Positions 12,579 to 24,351 of a stretch of DNA of 64,000 nt are shown here, piece after piece. Where the stretch lies: contig CAJNYD010000056.1 of the NCBI GenBank assembly GCA_905331295.1, forward strand, positions 186,001 to 250,000. The letters run 5' to 3'. A program made the translations under genes and the position numbers. How positions within the stretch are numbered: the first letter of the stretch is position 1; every line of letters begins with the position of its first letter. The notes under the pieces are model-generated. The model had not been told where the DNA came from and did not search any database. It saw only the letters and a list, made by a program, of their open reading frames with translations. The stretch comes from Rotaria socialis (taxonomy: Eukaryota).

Positions 12579-15500
12579 ATGAGTATAAACCTTCGTCAAA
12601 AATTAGTAAGTTAATTGAATTGAATCGCTGTTCTTTGATCTTCATGAATTAAAAATCGTACATCTATTATAGAAAGAATTGAACAAACAAAAAGAACAAT
12701 TCAATGAGGATAGTCAAAATGTTGATATTCAAAAAAGCTTTACAACAACACCAGTACAATTGAAAAAGACTGTACTAAAACAACAAATACTTCATCCAAA
12801 ATCGTTGAATATCAATAATAATGATATAACATTAACAGCTGAAGAACTTAATCGACGTGAACAAGGTTCGTAAAATCTCTGTTTTTTTCTAAAATTAATA
12901 AAAAAAAAAGGATTATCAACGATATTTTGTTGTTGTAGAATTTAACGATGATATGCAACGTGAATGTGGTCAAAATGCACAATGGAAAAAAATTCAACAA
13001 AATACATTTACACGATGGGCAAATGAACGTTTGAAATTAGTGAATCGACATATTGATAATTTACAAACAGATCTTGGTGATGGGTTAAATTTAATTGCAC
13101 TTCTTGAAATATTAGTCGGAAAAAAATTACCACGTTATAATCATCGTCCGCAATTTCGTTCTCAAAAATTAGAAAATGTATCTGTCGTACTTGATTATGT
13201 TGAAAATATTGAAAAACGACGTCTAGTCAATATCGATGCATCGGATATTGTTGATGGTAAAGTCAAATTAATACTTGGCCTTATGTGGACACTTATTCTA
13301 CATTATTCAATTACACTGCCAGCTTGGGAAATACCTAATGAAAAACGAGAAACAATTCAAAATCTTAAACCAAAACAAAAATTAATGAATTGGTTACAAG
13401 CAAAATTGCCAACACACATTAATATTGCAAATTTTACTTCGGATTGGAACGATGGAAGAGCGATTGGAGCTGTTTTGGAATCTTGTTATCCAGGTATTCA
13501 TGGAAGTTTTCTTTTATTAGACACGAATGATTTTTTTAAACATCATTGGATAGGTCTATTTCCGAATTGGGCTGATCGTGATCCAAAGCATGCACTAGAA
13601 AATGCAAAAGAAGCTATGGAATTGGCAGAAAAATGGCTTGGTATTCCACAGGTAAGTTCTACGTTGTCTATTAACCGCTACAATAAGGTCAATGAGAAAA
13701 TGTGAAAATCATCATCTCTGAGAAGGACTGTAGTACTCATAACAATTGAATTATCGTACTGTCGATTGGGCAGCATCTCATCTATTCGAGCACTTCCATT
13801 CTATTCGTTTTCGATGCAACAATTAGTTTAGTAATACGAAACGAATTTTTAAAACTTTTTTAGCTTATCCAACCACATGAAATGATAAATCCACACGTTG
13901 ATGAACAATCGATGATGACTTATTTATCTCAATATCCGAATGCGAAACTTCAACCTGGCGCACCAGTTAAGCCAAAGAATTATGCTCATCTAGTCAATTG
14001 TTATGGTGAAGGTTTGTAACAGAAATTTTAAAGAATTCATTTTCATATAATTTGAATTTAGGTCTTGAGCGAACGGGCCATATGGTTGATAAACCAGTTA
14101 TTTTTCACATTGAAACATGTGCAGCTGGTATAGGTAAAGTTGATGTTATTATTGTTAATCCAAATGGACAAACAGAAGAGGTTAGAATTCAAACAGCATT
14201 TCTCACAGAATAATTTATTTTTATTCTTCTTTCAGTGTACTATTGAATTCCGCGAAGATAGAAATCGAACATACGATTGTGCTTTCTATCCAGCGATGTA
14301 TGGTGAACATAAAGTAAGACTTTCGACAATATGTCTGCAAATAAATATTTTGTTTCTTGTATCCAATAGATTATTGTTACATTTAATGAACAAGAAGTAC
14401 GGCATTCACCATTCTACATATATGTTGATGAACCAGAGCAAATATCTGAAGTGTTAGATAATGATGAAGTGGATACAGCATGCAATGAAGTTACACGTAT
14501 GATAATCTTAAACAAATGATTTAAAAACAACAAAAACTCTTTCTTCCTTTGTTTTAAACAGCTTCTGATATCGAACAACCAGTCTATGAAAATTATAATC
14601 CAGCAAATGCTATCATCTATGATAGAGAAGATACAGCTGATATAAAAATAACAAATTTAAATGAAGATGGAGATGGAGATGATATTATTCTTCAAGAAGA
14701 TCATATATATTATGCTCATGTAAGTTTTTTCTTCTCAATCGCTCAGATTCCACATCAAGGCTAGTAAAATGAAACATCCATTTACAATTAAGAAGCCTTC
14801 CTTCGATTTCGTTTAATGTCAGAGATGGCTGAATCACATGTTTCAGTCGGTGAAATAATGTCCTAATCCTTTTGAAAGCGATAGAAAAGTTTGTTCTTTA
14901 AATTTTAATATTTTTATTTTTGATTAGCAAACACAGATTACATCTATACAAGATCATCAACTTCGTCGTCAAATCTCCACACGGTCAATATCCGATCCAA
15001 CATTAAATAAACATAAATTTTTCTCACCAATTAAACCACCACGAACTTATTGCCATGATGAACCTGACGATGAAATAGTGAGTTTCGTCTTATTTGCTCT
15101 TCATGGAATTTTGAAACAAAAAAAAATCATTTTTTCCTAGAATGAATCTCCACTGGTTTATAGTCTAACAGATTATCGTCTAAAACAAAAACGTCAGGAA
15201 GGTTTAGATCTTGCACAAGCAAATCGTGCAGATTCAATAGCCATCAGTTCAACAACACTGAATTCAACATCGTCCATTTCAATTGATGATAATCCACAAG
15301 AAAATAAACGTTTAACATCAAAGTGGCTAGTGATTGATGAAATTAGTGTAAAATTTTGAAACAAAAAATCTTTAATTCTTTTTGAAATAATCTTTCTTCT
15401 TATTTAAGCGTTTAACTGAACTAACAAAACGAGAAACATCAACATTAACACAAACATCACATGCATTAAAATGTTGTTCGAACGATCCACATGCTGCATT

Positions 15501-17243
15501 ATCAGATAAAAAAATCGAATGTGAACGTGTCATATTTATGGCTAGTATGTATTTGACTTATTTCCATAGATTTTACATTGATATATATATATATTCTGTA
15601 TTTCAGAACAAAAGCTAACATCATACAATAGTGAAATAAAACGTTTAGAAAATCTCGACCCTGATAGTGAATATTATTCATCAGATATTTCGCATAGTAC
15701 ATTAATTTTACAAGATATTCGATTATCAATCAAAGAAGATTATTTAAGATCGTTACGTAAAGGAAAAGGTTTGCACTTGTTCTTTTTTTCTAAGAAAAAT
15801 TATTTGCTTTCGTCTTTGTTTAGAAACAAAATTTTATTTTTTTATGTGTGCTGTTCACTATCGTTCACAAACACTTTTTTCACATATGGTTTCATCATTC
15901 GACACACTTCAATCTAATGGACAAGTCATATTTTCCAATCGAATGATTATAAGAGAAGTTGAAAGCAGTTTTGCTGCAACTATTGGTGTTTATTGCATGG
16001 CAAGTTTTTGCATCCTATGAACCTCTGGAAAATATCTCTCATTAAAATAGAATACCCTACATATGTAGTAAATCCCAGTAGTCTCACTTCGATTAATGAA
16101 GTACGTTCGCGAGAAGTTTAATAGAGGATCTAATTACTTTGCTCCATTGGACACTTTTAAGAAGAAGTATTTGTAATAATAAAATGTTACATCTATTCTT
16201 TTACTGTAGAAACATTGAATATGAGAAAACAATATTTTTATTATATAGGAAATCACGATGAAACATCCAATAACTGGCCTCGATCATTCACCCATGGTTT
16301 GTCCACATCATCATGTTTCATCATTGGCAAAGACTGTTCAATGTATGAAATGCGATAAACAAAGATTAAATAGTACCGGTACGTACTTTAATTTCATACA
16401 TTTTTCTTTAAGAAATATTTGCCATTATTTCTAGTATCAATACCTGGTCAACATTCAAAAACAAATACAATTCTCCGCGTTAGCAATTTTGTTCAAGTTG
16501 ATGCAATAACTATTCGTAAAGAAGATCTTAAAACACAAGAATTTATGCTTTCAGTAAATGAATTCGATATTAAAAATACATAAAATCATCTATTTTTTCA
16601 TCTCTCTCTTATAGATCTCATCCGCATCGATTCCATTAAAAGCTAAATTACACGTTAAACTACAACGTTTATCAGAATTAAAAATTCGTAAAGCTGGCTA
16701 CTTGGTATATTTTCGAAAGAATTTAATATGTTTAGATTTCTCTTTTTTGCTTTTATTAGACAATCTATTGCGATATTAGTGGATCAGGTGTATGGATTCG
16801 AAGATGGTTTATATTGACCAATGAACAAAATCTTCGATATTGGCCATCACCAGACGACGAAGAAAATAATGTGGTAAATCGATTTTATTCGAAAATAAAA
16901 TCTATATTCTGTTTCGTTTTAGCCACCTACAGGTGAAATTGATCTACATTATTGTATTGATCAAACGGTTAATCTATTACAACGTGAAACATGTGCTCGA
17001 CCTCATACATTTGAATTACGTATTGCCGTTCCAACAAAGAAATCCACTGATCATCGATTGTTCGCTAGTGAAAATGATGAGAATGATGAATATCCAACGA
17101 ATTCTATAATAGCACAACCATTCGGTAAACGAACACTATTTCGATTTTGGCTAAGTGCTGATTCAAAAGAAGATCGCAATGATTGGTGTAATATACTTAA
17201 TCAAATCTTAGCGGATTTACGCGAATGGGAAGTTATTTCATAA
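12579..17243 (+). CDS. Filamin-anillin chimeric protein: CH1-CH2 actin-binding domain, one filamin Ig repeat, acidic linker, anillin RBD-C2-PH (~1000 aa, 19 exons)
   Basis: Filamin motifs WKKIQQNTFTRWAN, NFTSDWNDGRAIGA, VDEQSMMTYLSQYP and Ig repeat CYGEGLE...HSPF. Anillin motifs PLVYSLTDYR, QTSHALKCC...IECERVIFMA, LQDIRLSIKEDY, GYLTIYCDISGSGVWIRRWFIL, RETCARPHTFEL and WLSADSKEDRNDW...LADLREW. All introns are phase-compatible. Confidence 0.88.
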
Positions 17244-17994
17244 ACACTGATCTGAATTTATTTGTAAATAAATACCTTTATTCATAGAGATCAGTATTTT
17301 CTTTTTTATTTGTTATTATTACGATTCTCTTTATGCAAATCAAACGTTCGCGTGTGTTTTGTCGTGTTTATCTATAATGAGTATATATTTATACATTTGT
17401 CGATCTGTATAGCGACGAACATTTCATTTTTCTTTTTGTCTGTATTGTGAAACTGTTTAAATATTGTAGAAAGAAAAATTATCGCATAGACCAAAAAATT
17501 TTTTTTTATTTCAAAAGGTTGCAATATGATTGAAGGGTGTAGATGTGTGTAATAGTATGATAAATTGTAGAAGAAGATGACTCGAAAACATTCAAAATAT
17601 AAAATAGTGAGTATACCATGACTCTATTGTTAGAAGTGTACTTATTTAAAGACGATGTTTTGAGTCTGGTAAGTGTGAAATTCATTAACAAGCGGCATGA
17701 TACATTTCACGGGCATCACGAAAATATAATAAATAGGCAGCTGACCTAAAAAATTGATCGATTAAAGACGTGAGTTTCTGCAATATTTTAGTAATTTCAT
17801 AGACAACTAGTTTATATTTGTCATGGCCGAAACAAAATAGAATCACTATTTCATAGGACTCAATCGAAGTTGTAAAAATTTATAAGTCTATTTATGGATT
17901 CTAATTTTTTTATGTCCAAGAAATAGACATAAATTTATATTATTAAATTATATATCATTCAAAAACTATGGTGAGCAGGAATTTAAAGGAGAAT

Positions 17995-19320
17995 TTATAG
18001 TCTATGAAAATTGATGCCATTTTTTCTTGATACAGCTAATAGATTTGAGCCGAATAGAACAACATGACAAGGAATTAAATCGTATGGAATAATTGTTTTC
18101 ACCTTTCCATCTTTTTCGACGTGTAATAAACGACGATTTTGATAATCAGCTACTAACCATTCATTTGAATTGATCGAGCAACAACGAAATGCTTTCCTTT
18201 GCTGACGTATAATATCAAATTTAAGTGACCAGATAAGTTCAAGTGTCTTCGATAATCTTAGTTCCATGCGTACAGATCTGTCAACGTTATTCGAAATCAT
18301 CAAAACAAGTGTTGAATTATTGTACGAAATATGATCAATGCATTCATCTTTCGCACATAGATACGGAGATTTCCATTGGTTAACCATTCTAATTGAAGGT
18401 AAAAGATGAAATTCCACAATCGACGGATTTATCTCATCTATTGATAGAAAAAGAGATGTATCAGAACATGCACATGAAAACCATTTTCGCTTCTCCATCA
18501 TTTTTAAACTTTCAATTGACATATTTCGACCATCAACAAGATAGATGCTACTTTTTCCAATAACAACAAATCGCTTTTTTGTTGATGACCAACAGATACT
18601 CGAAATGACACCATAAGGCCATTCAATTTGTTGAATTGTATTCATTCGTTTATCCATTAAAATCAAGTTTGGTGTTAAATGTACCAATAGACATTTTTCA
18701 TTGCCGGCTAATGCTCCATAACTTCCTTGAGGATGATTGATTGCTGCATCAATAATTGATAAACTGGATGGATTTAACTTAAAATTGTTCGGTTTATTAA
18801 TCGAAATTAGATTATCATCGATTGGTAATGGATCAATATTAACTTGATCATAGATTTTTTTGACATAGTCTATTTCTATTCCAACATCATTGATAATCGA
18901 TCTTAATGAGTTAAAATCTTGATCATTGAGTTCGTGTCTATTAATAAGCTCATCTACTTCCGATTGTAAACGATGGATTTCTGTTCGTTGATCATCAATT
19001 TTCTCGTCGATAAATCGATGAAATTGAAAAATTTTTCGTTCGAAATATTTATCAATCCGATTATGACATTCCACACGCCATTGTTCAAATTTTTGACGAC
19101 AGTTTTCAATGGCCGGTTGAATATTTAATATTTTAATTTGTTGATCAAGTTTGTTAATTTCATCATTCAAACAATTCAATGCTCGTTTTCGTGACCCAGT
19201 ATGTGCAATTAAATGTTGAAGACAATAATTTTCTTCACAACAACGACACAACGCACACGATTCCCTATTACATTCAGAGACCGTACATAGGAAAAGCGTT
19301 TGATTTTGACCAGAATTCAT
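17995..19320 (-). CDS. B-box-like Zn finger, coiled coil and beta-propeller (NHL-like) protein, RING-less TRIM-like; paralog 1
   Basis: Intronless 441-aa ORF; N-terminal CxxxxC...CxCC...CxxHLxxH, heptad region and beta-rich C-terminal half. Confidence 0.85.
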   Translation of the reverse strand: MNSGQNQTLFLCTVSECNRESCALCRCCEENYCLQHLIAHTGSRKRALNCLNDEINKLDQQIKILNIQPAIENCRQKFEQWRVECHNRIDKYFERKIFQFHRFIDEKIDDQRTEIHRLQSEVDELINRHELNDQDFNSLRSIINDVGIEIDYVKKIYDQVNIDPLPIDDNLISINKPNNFKLNPSSLSIIDAAINHPQGSYGALAGNEKCLLVHLTPNLILMDKRMNTIQQIEWPYGVISSICWSSTKKRFVVIGKSSIYLVDGRNMSIESLKMMEKRKWFSCACSDTSLFLSIDEINPSIVEFHLLPSIRMVNQWKSPYLCAKDECIDHISYNNSTLVLMISNNVDRSVRMELRLSKTLELIWSLKFDIIRQQRKAFRCCSINSNEWLVADYQNRRLLHVEKDGKVKTIIPYDLIPCHVVLFGSNLLAVSRKNGINFHRL

Positions 19321-19920
19321 GTCAAACTGTCAGCTGTGGTTTATTATAAAAGTAAAGAGAAAAATTTTTGTCGTGTCTGCATAAGAACAAATACTAGTTG
19401 TTACCGCCTCTCCGCTATGATAAAAGTCGAAGCCGCTCCTTTTTTTCTTCCAACTTCTGTGTGAATAAGAGGCTAGATAAAAAAAATGACTTCCTGTCAT
19501 TTTGCATAATTAATATTATTTATTTAGTTAAAACATCTTTTCATATGAGAAAATTTCTGTTAAAAATCTTTCACTAACTAATCATTTTGAGAATACTGTT
19601 CGCAGTCATGCAAAGAATGATCAATTTTGAAATATGATTCAGCTATCCTATTTTTCTGAATGCTCTTCAGATTCGTACTCTAGACAACTCGATTCATGAA
19701 GATTCGTTGCTAGAATGGATCGTTGTCATTTAAGCATATATTTTTAAAAAAGAAAATAATTTCAACACGAATTCGTTTGAGATCTTTGTTAATTTTATTA
19801 GATTATAAGAGATTTCATTTTTGTTTTGGAAGTAGTTAACTGAAATGTTTATTTTTCTTACGCTGTCTTTGTTGTTTTCTTCTACGTTGGTTATTATCAA
19901 AAATGAACAACATATAATAA

Positions 19921-21258
19921 TCAAACAACAAAAATAGTATATGTTTTTCTATAATTTAAATTATGAAAATGAATTCCATCATTTGCCGATACAGCCAGCG
20001 TATTTATACCAAATCTAGCAACACAGTATGGCATGCTATTATACGGTAGTACCGATTTCATTAATCCTGTTCTGCTTATATGTAATAAACGTCCGGTCGT
20101 GTGATCAGCCACAAGCCAATCGTCGTTAATAAGTGGACAACAGTGAAAGGGTTTATTTGGGCTCCACACGTCATTGAGTATAAGTGACCAAATTCTATCT
20201 AATGTTTCTGGAGATCTTAATTCAAAACGTACTGTCTGCTTTGAACTATTTCGAATAATTATAGCAATTTTTTTATTATTAGCAGTAATAACGTCAATAT
20301 ATTCATCTTTTTTACATATCTCAGGTGATTGCCATTGTTTGTCGAGCTTTTTCGACGAATTCAAAAGAATCTTTGTTATTGATGATCCCCATTCATTTGT
20401 TGATAGAAAAAGAAATTCTTTAAAACACGTACATGATAGCCATTTACGTTTTTCGATTGTTGATACTTTTTCAATTGACATAGTTTTTTCATCGACAAAA
20501 TAAAGATGTTTTTGATCAAGAACAATAAATAGATTCAGCACCATCGACCAACATATATCATAAATTGTCCCGTGACGCCATGGAATATTTTTAATTATTG
20601 TTAAATCTTGATCAACTAAACATAAATTTGGTGCTTGATGTATTAATAAATATTTATTATTACAAGCCAATGCTCCATAGCTTCCAGCGGGACGATTAAT
20701 ACTTTTATGAACAGGCGAAAGTATTGATAGATCATAGTCTTGTTCATTGATTCCTTTAATACTAATTAAAGTAAAATCTAATATTAATGGACGAGCATCA
20801 AGTTGAATAAAATTTCCTTCAATATTATTTATATCTTGTTCGAGTTGTTCACTTATCAATGTTAATTCATAGAAGTCATCACGAGTTACTTGTTGTTCTT
20901 GAATGAGTTCACTAAGTTTTGATTGTAAGTTGCCAAGTTCTTCGTGTTGCTCATCAAATTTATCCACAACAAGTCGTTCGAGTTCTTGACATTTATCTTC
21001 AAAATATCGATCGATTTCTTTATGAGAATCTAACCGCCATTGTTCAAGTTTTTCACGATAACTATTGACAATTGTTTGAATATTTAGTGTTCGAAGACGA
21101 TTATCCAATAAATTGATTTGGTCAATAAGAGGATCTAACTGACGATTAAGTACATTGTTGTGTTCATTTAAATGGATGATGCAGACATTTAGTTGACAAC
21201 AATGACATAGAGCACAAGATGTACGTCGACAAAATTCTATTTCACATACCTGAGACAT
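19921..21258 (-). CDS. B-box-like Zn finger, coiled coil and beta-propeller protein; paralog 2
   Basis: Intronless 445-aa ORF, colinear with paralog 1 (shared GSYGALA, KRKWxSC, QWxSP, WLVAD motifs). Confidence 0.85.
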   Translation of the reverse strand: MSQVCEIEFCRRTSCALCHCCQLNVCIIHLNEHNNVLNRQLDPLIDQINLLDNRLRTLNIQTIVNSYREKLEQWRLDSHKEIDRYFEDKCQELERLVVDKFDEQHEELGNLQSKLSELIQEQQVTRDDFYELTLISEQLEQDINNIEGNFIQLDARPLILDFTLISIKGINEQDYDLSILSPVHKSINRPAGSYGALACNNKYLLIHQAPNLCLVDQDLTIIKNIPWRHGTIYDICWSMVLNLFIVLDQKHLYFVDEKTMSIEKVSTIEKRKWLSCTCFKEFLFLSTNEWGSSITKILLNSSKKLDKQWQSPEICKKDEYIDVITANNKKIAIIIRNSSKQTVRFELRSPETLDRIWSLILNDVWSPNKPFHCCPLINDDWLVADHTTGRLLHISRTGLMKSVLPYNSMPYCVARFGINTLAVSANDGIHFHNLNYRKTYTIFVV

Positions 21259-22781
21259 TGAGTGATAAAGATAGAAGTTTATATTTGTCTGTTGTTAACT
21301 GAAATAGTAAAAAAAGAGAGAGAGGGAGAGAAAGAAAAAAAATGTGCATTTTTTTTGTTTTATTACTCAATGGTCAAATATAGTTGTGTTTTTGCAGAAC
21401 AAATGGAAACTTACCTTGATATTTGCCTGGTAAATGACAGAATTTTTATTTATGTTTTAATGAGTAACGTTATCGGAAAGCGAGACCTCTGTCAATATTG
21501 ACTGTGGACAATCTTGATGAAAAGCAATCATCTCATGAAGTCTCGTACTGGTTCGTTAAGTAATAAATCGTATCATTCTTAAGTAACTCGTCTTATTGTT
21601 ATCTCGTCGCGCAGTTATTGCAACCATCTGCGACTATTATAAAAACAAACATATTCCTGTACGAATGCGTATGATTCATTATTAGATTTGATAAATCATA
21701 AAAGCATTAGAGTATTTGTTTTTAAGTATTGACACGCATCTGTTAACTTGCGAAAATATTAACTGAAGTACATTTACAAGTTTCAAAAAAAAATTAGAAA
21801 ATCAAATTAAATTCGCATTATAAATTTTTATTTATTCATTCAAGTCGATCTATTGTTTTGTCATTTCATACAGTAACATTCTGCTTTTTTTACATTGATA
21901 TTTGCTAACAATAATAATAAGACCTTGACAGTAATTTTATCCTGGTTCAACAAACGAAAAACATCAATAATACAATTCATCTGAAATACAAATCAATATT
22001 TTTCGTCTTAGAACGTCAAAACAAATATTTCAAGCATGATATGAAAAATATCATATTTTACAAGGTAATATTATGTTTATTATAGCGAATATTACAACAC
22101 GTGCGCTCGAAAGAAAACAGCAGGCATAAAAAACCTAACTGTCCTATTGACATATTAGTTACAACGCATAGGTTCAATCAAGGAAAAATTGTGATAAGAT
22201 ATTAATTAAATATTTGCGTTTGAGAATAATATCAATATACTACCATGCTTCATGATTGCCTTTCATTGTCAATATAGAAAAAGAGACGTCCTTGTTGATG
22301 GCGTATCGAACCATTCCAATAAATATGTCACAATAATCGAAATATACAAACTAGACCTTTTATTCATTCATTTCTAAAAGAGCAAAAACTGCTCGAAATC
22401 GCGTAGCTAATAAATGCCTATTGAAATACTGAATAGCCAATTTATTCAATTCATATTTTTGTATTATTAAAAATTTATTTCCTGTTTCTACAATGTCATT
22501 TTCACCTTCGATTTTGTTTAATCATTCATCTAGATTCAAACAGACGATAAAATAATAGTTACTCTGACCATTCTCTATTTACTTTTTTCTTTCGTTCTGT
22601 CCATTTGATTAATCATATTCGTTTATCTTTTTCTTGTCAAAGTACTCAAAAGAAAACAAGAAAATTCATGACTTATATACATCTATTTTTCATCATTATA
22701 AAGAGCAAAAATCTGCATTAATACCTATCAAAATTAGCCTTTCATTATTGTATATAGAAAAACAATAGCAAACCAACTCGT

Positions 22782-23491
22782 CTAGAAATATGCACATTCT
22801 TCATTGGACGCATCATAAAACATGTCACCATCATCATTTATATTGCCATGTCGTTTTATTCCCCATCGTTCTCGTACTCGACTAACAATGTGCCGAGTTC
22901 GAGCTTGCAATGTATAACAAGCACCATTCGATGAATAATAATAAAATATAAAATATGAAAAAGATCGTACACATTTTTCGAATTTTCCATTTGAGAATGG
23001 TTGAAGAAAAATAGATAATAAATAACATATTCGATGAATACAAGATGATAACAACATAATACGACTGATAATAAGATGAACGGCTGACAAGATTGCTCTT
23101 ACCATTTGTATCCATCCGTAAATGACTCTGATGATTTGAACAATTTTTTCGATAAATGCAAACAATTCTCTTAATACTTGATCGATTAAAATAAAAATGC
23201 GAAAGACATATGCTATCAATAAACATAAGGAACGATATGATTGATTGAGATTATGAATAAAGTATCGAATGTGGATAATTCGTTTATGGATTCTTCCTTC
23301 TAATGCATATAAACGATGTCTCAAACGGCGTTTACTAACAGAAAAATTAAAGATAAATCATAGTAAACTGGATTAAAAACAGAGGATAAAATTCGAATCT
23401 TACGGTTTTGGATGTTCAAGAAGAGATTTACGATGAAATAATTTGTGTTGATGCTGCTTTTTAGATTTTGCCAAAGCCATATTTTATACAT
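22782..23491 (-). CDS. Uncharacterised basic/hydrophobic protein with a C-terminal FFAT-like motif (2 exons)
   Basis: ATG at 23489-23491; intron ~23404-23335 (gtaag..ag) joins in frame (EHPKP|KRRLRHR) to the 180-aa ORF ending DDGDMFYDASNEECAYF*. Confidence 0.65.
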
Positions 23492-24351
23492 CCATTCTAG
23501 TAATATCGAGGTTTCGATAAAGGCTTGTTTATATTACAGAGAGAGACGATTGTGAATGAAAGAAAACATCATCGAACAGCGCGGAATAGATAGGATCGAT
23601 GATTCGATAAAGGTAGAATAACTCATCAGTGTCAATACACCGTGAAATGTTTTTTTTCTTCTTCTCACTACCTCAGTATTACTCAAACAGGCGAAGAAAT
23701 GCAAAGGCTTGTTGCATGTACAACGGTATGCACGTTATGAATATTTATGATTGTAGAATATTTCTATTGAATGTACGAAATGAACAGATTATATTCTTCG
23801 TCTTCTATCGAACACAAGAATATACATGTTCTTTCTTTTGTTTTTAAATTCCTAATCAAATGTTTAGACTAAGGACTAACAGGATCAATGCATCAGAACC
23901 AAACGAGCTTTTGTTTCATTTTTCTCTTGAATATTATTGCATGATCAATGATATAGATATATTGCTTATCAAATCAATCACAGTATGCACTTAGATTTTT
24001 AAAAAAAGTGACATAATATAAAGAATCGAAGTAAATATCACATTACATATAGATAACAATTACAAAATCAAGAATGCAGATGAATGTGTGCGTCTGTATC
24101 TTTGTAACAGTTTTGACGCTATTGTAAATGTTTAGAACTTTGCATCAGTCGACGGTGAAAAAGTATCTAGTGAATAATTAAACTAAATAAGTTTACGCAA
24201 TAAGTATTATCGAAAATAGAATATGCGTTTCACCGCGCCAATCACAACAAACATTATTTTCACTTTTCAGTTATTGGTAAATTTTTTTCTTCATTGTCTA
24301 CTAAAACGAACTGTAATTATTTACTCATAATACGAGTTTATCAGACATTCT

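Noticed and set aside
20174..20503. Antisense ORFs (also 5286-5534, 28353-28586, 29905-30249, 30532-30915, 48264-48578, 60929-61258)
   Set aside because: Shadows of real genes on the opposite strand, with no independent motifs.
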